Shown here piece by piece: positions 16,401 to 23,375 of a stretch of DNA of 32,000 nt (positions are counted from its first letter, which is position 1; each line of letters begins with the position of its first letter). The notes under the pieces were generated by a model. The model searched no databases. It was not told the origin of the DNA and saw only the letters and a list, made by a program, of their open reading frames with translations. Location: positions 60,001 to 92,000 of the forward strand of contig CAZXEQ010000002.1 of assembly GCA_964640155.1 (NCBI GenBank), written 5' to 3'. Position numbers and translations under genes: made by a program. The DNA comes from an uncultured bacterium (GTDB taxonomy: Bacteria; Auribacterota; JACPWU01).

Positions 16401-19400
16401 TTATTCTGTAATCACAAGGTTGTCATGAGTTATGCTACCTGCGGAATATCCGCTTGCAAAGCCCACTGACTTTTTAGGGAAACTGGAGACTTCGACAGAC
16501 TCATTAGAAAAAATGGTTGCTCCATCCATTACGAGTGTCATCGTCGCATAGGGACTCGCATTTGTAATAGTTACTCTCACGTGATGGCTAACTCCTTTGG
16601 TCATCGTACTTGTATACCAGCGGTAACTGCCTGCATAACCTTCATAAGGGCCATCCCTTATTCCATAGCGATTTGGGCAAATATCAACATGAATGCCCCG
16701 ATATACCAATCCTCCCCAACCATCACTTGTATTACTAAACGTCACATCATAGTCAATCGTGATATTGCGCCCACTCACATCTACGTCATAGGGCCAAATA
16801 AAGCTATATCCACCAGATCCCACAACTGAACCTATTAAAGCTCCCGAACTAAGAGCCCAATTGATATTTGTTAAAGAACCGCTGATAATCCAATTGCTGA
16901 TGCTACTAAAATCAAAACTTGAAGTGATTGTCCCTACCGGCTGTAACTGAGTTATATCTTTAATCATAATATTATCTATTTGATAATTGTTCCCAACTCC
17001 ACTGTGAGGAGAAAGGAAACCCATCCCTGTACTTGCAAAACTTCCCACTTGTATAGGTTCATTTGTAAAAATAGGTTTGCCATCTACATATAAATCACTC
17101 AGATAATAAGGGCTTGCCTGTCGAATAAGTAAAATCACATGATGCGTTGCACCGCGAGAGACCCCACTGAACCAACGATAAGTTCCTGGATATCCTTCGT
17201 AGATTCCATCTCGCCATCCAATTCGATTAGGATTGAGATCCAGTGAAATTCCACGAAAGCGTACGCCACCCCACCCATCTGAATTATTAAAAACAACATC
17301 ATATTCTATAGCAAGTTCACTGAAGCTCGCTAAATTTAATCCCGTATTATCAAGCATAGAATAGCCCCCCGTTCCTACAACTGACGCTTGAAGCTTGTTG
17401 GATGCAATCGTCCAATCTATATTACTCACTGCACCGCTCTCAACCCATCCCGAAGGAAGAGAAGCACCATCAAAGCTCTCTTGATAAATCAATCCTGGAT
17501 TAGAACTCGGAACAACAACTGCAATAGTAATTGTTTCTGTATCCGTAAGACTCCCATCACTCGCTCTAATAGTTACTGTATAGGTTCCTGCATCTGATTC
17601 TATTGTTGTCCAAGTAAACACTCCAGTATTCGTATTAATACTTGCTCCTGTAGGTAGGCCTGTAGCACTATAAGTAATCGTACCAGCATTCATATCAATA
17701 GCTTTAGCCTGAAAAGTCAAGGTTCGTCCAGCCGTGACTCTTTGATTGCCAATGGCGTCTAAAACAGGAGCAAAATTAGCTCCAGCAGTAGCTGTAGTAA
17801 TATTTAAACTATCATTGGTTGTGCTCCCTGTGAAATAATTTGAAATGAATCCAACAGTTGTATCAGGATAACTGTTAACTTCAATCGCTTCACCGGTAAA
17901 AATAGCCGTTCCGTCGACATAAAGATTTGCAAGATCATAAGGACTATTTCTTTGAATCAATATCATCACACGATGGCTTCCTGCACTAAGACCTGTAAAC
18001 CATCGATAAGTTCCAGGATGTCCTTCAAAACTTCCATCCCTAAATCCTATTCTGGTTGTATTGAGATCAAGCCCTACTCCTCGAAACAACAACCCTCCCC
18101 AATTTTGAGGCGTGACATCATATTCCAATAACACATCTTTTCCACTCACATCCAAAAGAGCATGTTTTAAATAGCCGTAGCCTGTCCCTGATACACCGCT
18201 TACCACAGTTGATGTTAGAGCCCCTGAACTTACTGCCCATGCAATATTGGCATTTCCACTTGCTATCCAGGCTCCAAAATCTCCAGCATTAAAATTTTCT
18301 GTTAAAGGAAGAAGCATGGGATTAGGTTTAGGCCAAATTACAAAATTATCGTAGGTAACAGTTCCTGTAGAATAATTTGATACAAGTCCAACTGTATTAT
18401 TTAAGAAATTTCCGATCTGGATGGGTTCATTTGTAAAAATAGGTTTACCATCAATATAAAGATCACTTAACCAATAGGGACTGGCCATACGTAAAAGAAC
18501 TAAAACGTGATGTTGAACGCCTTTGGTCACTCCACTAAACCAGCGATAACTGCCTGTGAAACCCTCAAAATTTCCATCCCGCCAACCACTCCGATTCGCA
18601 TTTATATCCAGTTGCACGCCTCGAAACAACAACCCTCCCCACCCATCACTGTTATTACTAAAAGTGACATCATACGCAATAGCCAAAGAATTTATATTGC
18701 TTAGATTCAAACTACCGGGAGAAATAAAAGAATATCCTGCTCCTGCAGGTGTCGAAACCAGAGCATTGCTGTTTGCTGACCAATTTACCGTAGCTGCCCC
18801 ACTCGCGCTCCATCCCGTATAATTTCCATCATTAAAATTATCACTAAAAAGAGAACTGCTATAAGAAGCGGCATTGGAGGGATTAGTCCCTGCAACAATT
18901 TCATATAAATCGTTCATCCCATCACTATCCGTATCTGTATTATTTACATTCGTTCCATAAGTGGTCTCTTGCGTATTTGAAAGGCCATCCCCATCTGAAT
19001 CTGCAGCTGTTGCTCCTGAAATAATATTTGATATAAGTGCCGTATTACCTTTTTCATCTATTGTCTTAACTGCAAAATAATAAGTCGTCCCCTGACTCAA
19101 AGCATTAACTGTGAAATTTTCTGTAGAACCTCCAGATAAAGGAGAAGTCATTCCTATGATTCTTGTCGCTGAAGAAAAATTCCCTGCGGTAATGGCGGAG
19201 GTGGAATATCTTAAATCATAAGAAGAAGCTGTTCCAGAAGTAGCATCATCGCCTGGAGCTGTCCAGCGAAGCGTCATAGAACTTACACCTGAAGACGAGA
19301 TTGATAGATTTGAAACAGCAGCAGGTGGAATACCATCAAACATAGCAATTAAATCACGATATCTGTAATACTCTGGACGAAGTTGAAAAGGAGGAGTTGC

Positions 19401-20477
19401 TAAAAAATCTGTAATCAAATTAATCATAATCGAATACATATACCCATCTAAGCCATAGGAGATAATCTTGTCTCTTGTCCAGGAAGGCGTTTGATCAATC
19501 CCATTAAACGTGTTCAAAGCTGACTCAACCCAACCATAAATTCCATTTTGATGAGCAACTTGAGCTACTTTCTGACTTCCATCAGAAGGCTGAGCCAGAG
19601 GGCCTCCAAAACTAATCACTTTAAGATTTCGAGATAAAACTGCTTGGACTTGTTCTTCCATAATTTGTCCAATCCCAGGATTATGAGAAATTTTCAATCC
19701 CAATGGAATATCAGGTCTTCTCGTGTTTGCCAAAGTATAAATGGCTCTCATATAATCGTACATTTTTCCGTACCACCAACTGATGAAAACGTTGTAACTA
19801 GCTCCTGACCCATCACCGCTATTGGGACCTGAATAAGGCATTGCGCTTGGATTGCCTGTGTAAGCTCGCCAAGCTGCAATGGTATTAGCGTCAAATGCAC
19901 AATAATTGGCTCCATCAGGATAATAGGTTTCTCCCAAACTTCCTGTAGAAAGATAAATCACGGGAAAACTTTCTCCTGAAAATTCATTATAGAAAGCATT
20001 AATCAAACGATTCACGTAAAACAAAGTTTGTGGATGAAAAATATTGGGAGGATTAGCATCATTGTCAAAAACAGAATAAGAACCATTCTTTTTAATCCAA
20101 TGATAATTCGAATCTGAGTTTATCAACCAATTGGGAGGATAATGAATCGCAATATGAGGAATCCAAGTTAGACCTGCAGCTCTAGCTCTATTCATACATA
20201 AGCGAGCTGCTGCAAAATTAAAAGAACCATTTGATGTTTCAACTAATCTCCAAGGAATAGCATCAATAACAGCTTGCACTCCTATGTTTTTTAAATTTTG
20301 AAAAGAGGATTGATCATAGAACCAATCGCTTTGAGTCATGACAACCCAATGAATATTTGCAAGCTCATCGTCTGAAAAGGAAGTTTTAGAACTAAAAAAA
20401 AACAGAACAAGCAGTCCTAGAGCAACATGCTTTAAAAAGCTATTTTTTAAATTTTTTGCATCCTTAAGATTAAACAT
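16401..20477 (-). CDS. giant secreted multidomain protein: signal peptide, GH-A-clan-like TIM barrel (GH14/GH42-like), FN3, TSP3-like Ca-binding repeats, 2x ConA/LamG-like, cadherin/Ig-like, 2x ConA/LamG-like
   Basis: 1358-aa ORF; ATG at 20475-20477 with GAGG 6 nt upstream.
- Signal peptide (aa 1-35): a lysine-rich n-region, then VALGLLVLFFF, then SFS/DDE.
- GH-like domain (aa ~41-380, nt 19338..20357): ...GVQAVIDAIPWRLVE...NF..., PPNWL, and STGSLGETYYP, which recalls the GxxGELRYPSY catalytic-acid motif of beta-amylases.
- FN3 (aa 384-491, nt 19005..19328): LRWTAPGDD...YDLRYS...TYYFAVKTID.
- Ca-binding repeats (nt 18873..19004): DSDGDGLSN...DTDSDGMND.
- Ig/cadherin-like domain (aa 899-990, nt 17508..17783): APVLDAIGNQ...TYSATGLPTGASINTNTGVFTWT...GTYTVTIRASDG. 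Confidence 0.85.
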   Translation of the reverse strand: MFNLKDAKNLKNSFLKHVALGLLVLFFFSSKTSFSDDELANIHWVVMTQSDWFYDQSSFQNLKNIGVQAVIDAIPWRLVETSNGSFNFAAARLCMNRARAAGLTWIPHIAIHYPPNWLINSDSNYHWIKKNGSYSVFDNDANPPNIFHPQTLFYVNRLINAFYNEFSGESFPVIYLSTGSLGETYYPDGANYCAFDANTIAAWRAYTGNPSAMPYSGPNSGDGSGASYNVFISWWYGKMYDYMRAIYTLANTRRPDIPLGLKISHNPGIGQIMEEQVQAVLSRNLKVISFGGPLAQPSDGSQKVAQVAHQNGIYGWVESALNTFNGIDQTPSWTRDKIISYGLDGYMYSIMINLITDFLATPPFQLRPEYYRYRDLIAMFDGIPPAAVSNLSISSSGVSSMTLRWTAPGDDATSGTASSYDLRYSTSAITAGNFSSATRIIGMTSPLSGGSTENFTVNALSQGTTYYFAVKTIDEKGNTALISNIISGATAADSDGDGLSNTQETTYGTNVNNTDTDSDGMNDLYEIVAGTNPSNAASYSSSLFSDNFNDGNYTGWSASGAATVNWSANSNALVSTPAGAGYSFISPGSLNLSNINSLAIAYDVTFSNNSDGWGGLLFRGVQLDINANRSGWRDGNFEGFTGSYRWFSGVTKGVQHHVLVLLRMASPYWLSDLYIDGKPIFTNEPIQIGNFLNNTVGLVSNYSTGTVTYDNFVIWPKPNPMLLPLTENFNAGDFGAWIASGNANIAWAVSSGALTSTVVSGVSGTGYGYLKHALLDVSGKDVLLEYDVTPQNWGGLLFRGVGLDLNTTRIGFRDGSFEGHPGTYRWFTGLSAGSHRVMILIQRNSPYDLANLYVDGTAIFTGEAIEVNSYPDTTVGFISNYFTGSTTNDSLNITTATAGANFAPVLDAIGNQRVTAGRTLTFQAKAIDMNAGTITYSATGLPTGASINTNTGVFTWTTIESDAGTYTVTIRASDGSLTDTETITIAVVVPSSNPGLIYQESFDGASLPSGWVESGAVSNIDWTIASNKLQASVVGTGGYSMLDNTGLNLASFSELAIEYDVVFNNSDGWGGVRFRGISLDLNPNRIGWRDGIYEGYPGTYRWFSGVSRGATHHVILLIRQASPYYLSDLYVDGKPIFTNEPIQVGSFASTGMGFLSPHSGVGNNYQIDNIMIKDITQLQPVGTITSSFDFSSISNWIISGSLTNINWALSSGALIGSVVGSGGYSFIWPYDVDVSGRNITIDYDVTFSNTSDGWGGLVYRGIHVDICPNRYGIRDGPYEGYAGSYRWYTSTMTKGVSHHVRVTITNASPYATMTLVMDGATIFSNESVEVSSFPKKSVGFASGYSAGSITHDNLVITE
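16404..18851 (-). repeat. four intragenic ~170-180-aa beta-sandwich (ConA/LamG-like) repeats R1-R4
   Basis: Repeat coordinates are R1 18330..18851, R2 17802..18308, R3 16956..17492 and R4 16404..16925. All share ...YDVTF.N.SDGWGG..FRG..LD.N.NR.G.RDG..EG..G.YRWF.G...H.V......SPY...LY.DG..IF..E.I.V..F.... R1 and R3 are also visibly similar at DNA level, e.g. ggttcatttgtaaaaataggttt at 17056..17078 and 18424..18446. Confidence 0.8.
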
Positions 20478-20487
20478 AATTAGCCTC

Positions 20488-20528
20488 TAAAAATAAAAAC
20501 CCGTCTTTCGATAAAGGACGGGTTTTTA
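20488..20528 (-). terminator. intrinsic terminator hairpin immediately upstream of the giant gene's RBS
   Basis: Minus strand: AAAAACCCGUC-CUUUAUCGAAA-GACGGGUUUUUAUUUUU. The stem pairs 20500..20505 with 20517..20522 and is extendable through A-U pairs. The U-tract runs straight into AGAGG-N6-AUG. Confidence 0.75.
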
Positions 20529-20539
20529 TAATTTTTGCT

Positions 20540-20579
20540 AAAACGCAAAAATCGCCGAATATTTTCGGTGGATCGGCGA
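20540..20579 (-). terminator. second terminator-like hairpin in the leader
   Basis: Minus strand: CGCCGA-UCCACCGAAAAUAU-UCGGCG-AUUUUUGCGUUUU. An alternative inner stem is CCGAA-AAUA-UUCGG. The U-tract can instead pair with a downstream A-run (UUUUUGC-GUUUUA-GCAAAAA, 20532..20551), so its terminator status is uncertain. Confidence 0.35.
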
Positions 20580-20583
20580 GCAT

Positions 20584-20712
20584 AAAACCTAAAGGATCTT
20601 ACATCTTTCAGGTTTTGTAGCCCCGTATCTTTGCAGGCACGTGAATTCTAACTTAGTGCCTCTCAACAAGTTGAGGTCCCATTCTTTCGAATGGTTTGCC
20701 CTTATCGCATAT
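20584..20712 (-). promoter_or_regulatory. candidate c-di-GMP-I (GEMM-I)-like riboswitch aptamer with non-canonical block order
   Basis: The minus strand from 20705 reads AUAAGGGCAAACCAUUCGAAAGAAUGGGAC CUCAACUUGUUGAG AGGCACUAAGUUAGAAUUCACGUGCCU GCAAAG AUACGGGGCUAC, then a long hairpin AAAACCUGAAAGAU-GUAAG-AUCCUUUAGGUUUU.
- It contains a GAAA-capped hairpin inside a 26-nt block that is nearly identical, from memory, to the Vibrio cholerae Vc2 aptamer.
- It also contains GCAAAG and GGGGCUAC blocks, and CUAAG inside the second hairpin.
- The region lies between a strong promoter and terminator hairpins. Confidence 0.55.
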
Positions 20713-20756
20713 TCATTAAAACGATTCGAGACTTCTCAAAGAACTTCTACGCTCTA

Positions 20757-20785
20757 ATTATATTTTAAAAGGGCCATCAGGTCAA
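20757..20785 (-). promoter_or_regulatory. sigma70-type promoter, TTGACC-17 nt-TATAAT
   Basis: The minus strand reads TTGACC (20785..20780), a 17-nt spacer tgatggcccttttaaaa, then TATAAT (20762..20757). The predicted TSS is near 20750, giving a leader of roughly 270 nt before the ATG at 20477. Confidence 0.75.
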
Positions 20786-20867
20786 GGATTTATAAGGCTT
20801 TGAGGGGATACGAAAAATTGAAAAACTAAACTTCAAAAAGAATAGTCTTAATAAATTTAAAACTATT

Positions 20868-21875
20868 TTATTGTTTCCATTTATTTCTTGTGAGACCTTT
20901 TATTCCAAAAAAATTTAAGATTGTTCCAGAACCATACTCGATGAAAGTTAACCAACAAGCTAACGGGTGAAAGAACCAAGCATTATCTTTCTTTTTAAAA
21001 TATCCTCTAAAAGACTGAACAATCAAAGGAAAGACCAAAAAGCAGGAAAGCAAGAACTTGAACAACCCCTTCTTTTGGCTTTTCCAAGGGTATTTTCGAA
21101 CACCTAATTCATTGTAATAAAGATAATCTCTAATCCTTCTCTTCTGCTTGCGCATAAATTGACGGACACTGTTCCCACAAAAGAGATGAATAATACCTAT
21201 TTTTACTTTTGCAAAGTGAATGGGATGCTTCTCCATAAAACATGCCAGAATATCAATGTCAAAAAAATAGTCTCCAGCTAATTCGCCTTGCATGATTTGA
21301 CGTCGAAATATTGTCCCATTTGCTCCAATCGTTGGTATCGGATGAGATGAAAGCGTCACCTTAATCCAATTACCCTGATCATCCTGTTGAATAGGAAGCT
21401 CTGTCCATACTCCTGAGAGTAGATTGCGTTTATCATAATTTCCAAAGAAGAAACATATGGGGTCATTCACTCCCAATAAAGCGCAATAGCGATCAATAAA
21501 ACCATCTTCAGATCGATAAGTAAATTCCCAGGGTTCAGCTCCTAAAACATCCTTATCTTCAAAAGGTTGGGTCATTTTCAGAAGCCAGTCTTTTTGAGGG
21601 AGGAGATTATCAGAGTCAATAAAAGCAACCAAATCTCCTTGAGCTTTTTTAAGACCCACTGCTTTTCCTGCTTCTCCTGTTTTTAATGGATTTTGAAATA
21701 TTTTGGCGTTATATTCGCGAGCGATGTCAAGCGAGCGATCTTTGGACCCACCATCAGCAATGATCACTTCTACAAGATGAGCAGGATAATCTTGACTACG
21801 AATAGATTCTAAACAGCCTTGGAGAACACGCTCGCTATTAAGAACAGGGATCACAATTGAAATAGAAGGAAGCAT
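20868..21875 (-). CDS. GT2-family glycosyltransferase
   Basis: 335 aa with ISIVIPVLNSE...VEVIIADGGSKDRS and FIDSDN (DxD). Confidence 0.8.
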   Translation of the reverse strand: MLPSISIVIPVLNSERVLQGCLESIRSQDYPAHLVEVIIADGGSKDRSLDIAREYNAKIFQNPLKTGEAGKAVGLKKAQGDLVAFIDSDNLLPQKDWLLKMTQPFEDKDVLGAEPWEFTYRSEDGFIDRYCALLGVNDPICFFFGNYDKRNLLSGVWTELPIQQDDQGNWIKVTLSSHPIPTIGANGTIFRRQIMQGELAGDYFFDIDILACFMEKHPIHFAKVKIGIIHLFCGNSVRQFMRKQKRRIRDYLYYNELGVRKYPWKSQKKGLFKFLLSCFLVFPLIVQSFRGYFKKKDNAWFFHPLACWLTFIEYGSGTILNFFGIKGLTRNKWKQ

Positions 21876-21884
21876 AGAGTTAAT

Positions 21885-23375
21885 TTACAAGGAAGCAACT
21901 CGCTCAACAACGTTCTTTTTTCTAAAATCCAGTAGATGCCCCACCAACTGTTTACCCCCTCTGAGAAGAAATTTGACATCATCGAGATCTCGAACACTGA
22001 AGATTTTTCTCATGATAAATTTCGGGCTCATGAAAGATTTATAAATCCCTTGGGTTAATGCTAAAATTTCTTGTTCAGGCACAGAAGTTTTCATAACGGG
22101 GGTCCTCATATCATAGTGATCCCAGTCACGGGTTTTAAGCCATCCATTTTGCTCGCATTGTTTAAAAAGTTCTGTCCCAGGATAAGGAATAACAATGGTT
22201 GCTTGCAATGTATCAATCCACCCACGACTAAAAAGTTCATGCGTTAACCGAATCGTATTTTCGGCTTCTTCTTTGGTCTCCCATGGGTAACCCACCATAC
22301 ATGTCACATGAGGTTCAAGTCCAGCTTGTTTGGCCATACGAGCCGACTCCCACATCGCATTTTCTTTTTGCCCTTTGTTAATTCTTTCTAAGGTACTGAA
22401 ATTGGCCGATTCTAGTCCGTATAAAATAAATCTGAAATTAGCTTTCCCCATAAGATTATATTCTTCTTGGGTTAAAGCGCCTGGCCTCATATTGCAGCCC
22501 ATTGTAACTTTCTTATGCCACCCTCTTTTAATGAGTTCCTCGCAAAACTCCTTCAGCCATTTTCCTATCATGAAAGTACCGGTATCATCAAAAATTTCTC
22601 GAATACCCAAACGAATACAATTCTCAACTTCAGCCAACATTTGCTGAACAGTACCCACTCTAAAGGTAGGGAAAGTGTTCGTCCAAGAGCAAAAAGTACA
22701 TCCTCCATCTTTTCGCCACCAGCAGTCCCGGCCAATCATTGTATAAGTTCCAGGAGTATACTTAAAGTTGCCATTGTTATAGGCATAAAGCTCATACTTA
22801 GTAAGTTCACGGTCAATCACTGGAAGTTTTTTCAAATCACCATTGGCTTCAAATTTCCCAGTGTTAACAACCTCCCCTTTTTCATTTCTGAAATAGAAAC
22901 CTGGCTTAAGTTTCTCTCCCTTTGAAAAATGATTACAAAAATTAAGAAGCATAAAGTCAAAATCACCACCCGTAATGCAATAGTCTACAGGGGAGTTTTC
23001 AAAAGACTCTTCTGGAAGAGCAGTGATATGGTCTCCCATGAGAACAACTTTTATTTTTTGCAGAGACTTTTCAGATTTTAAACGTCTAATAAATTTCCAA
23101 AACGACTTAACTGTTGGAGTCTTGGTTTCAATAGCTAAAATATCAGGGTTTTCTCTCTCCAAGATCTCCAAATATTGATCTGTTGTTTGTTGCTCCGCAA
23201 CTCCATCCATCCAACGCACATCGTAGCCGTTTACTTTAAGCAAACTAGCTGCATAAGCAGGAACCACAGGATAGATATAAGTGGGACTGTTGAAAAACTG
23301 AAATTGCCGATTCTGAGAAATAAGTGCAGCTCCCTTACCTGTTTCAACGGGGGGATATCCAATACAAATTTTCAT
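21885..23375 (-). CDS. B12-binding-domain radical SAM enzyme (class B-like; possible sugar C-methyltransferase or other radical modification)
   Basis: 496 aa. The N-terminal Rossmann-like cobalamin-binding-type domain reads ...YDVRWMDGV...NPDILAIETKTP...VVLMGDHIT. A cysteine triad follows at GRDCWWRKDGGCTFCSW (C218, C226, C229; nt 22689..22724), then a TIM-barrel-like region (...IFDDTGTF..., ...FILYGLESA...). Its start overlaps the upstream stop by 1 nt (TAATG). Confidence 0.7.
   Translation of the reverse strand: MKICIGYPPVETGKGAALISQNRQFQFFNSPTYIYPVVPAYAASLLKVNGYDVRWMDGVAEQQTTDQYLEILERENPDILAIETKTPTVKSFWKFIRRLKSEKSLQKIKVVLMGDHITALPEESFENSPVDYCITGGDFDFMLLNFCNHFSKGEKLKPGFYFRNEKGEVVNTGKFEANGDLKKLPVIDRELTKYELYAYNNGNFKYTPGTYTMIGRDCWWRKDGGCTFCSWTNTFPTFRVGTVQQMLAEVENCIRLGIREIFDDTGTFMIGKWLKEFCEELIKRGWHKKVTMGCNMRPGALTQEEYNLMGKANFRFILYGLESANFSTLERINKGQKENAMWESARMAKQAGLEPHVTCMVGYPWETKEEAENTIRLTHELFSRGWIDTLQATIVIPYPGTELFKQCEQNGWLKTRDWDHYDMRTPVMKTSVPEQEILALTQGIYKSFMSPKFIMRKIFSVRDLDDVKFLLRGGKQLVGHLLDFRKKNVVERVASL

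Noticed and set aside
20490-20750. Whether the structured, promoter-to-terminator RNA is a housekeeping ncRNA (tmRNA, RNase P RNA, SRP/4.5S, 6S) or contains a tRNA.
   Set aside because: I found none of the following: a tRNA-like acceptor/T-arm ending in CCA; the GAGGAAAGUCC-type P4 motif; an SRP domain IV motif; or a 6S-like long imperfect duplex. The GEMM-I-like blocks explain the conserved-looking segments better.
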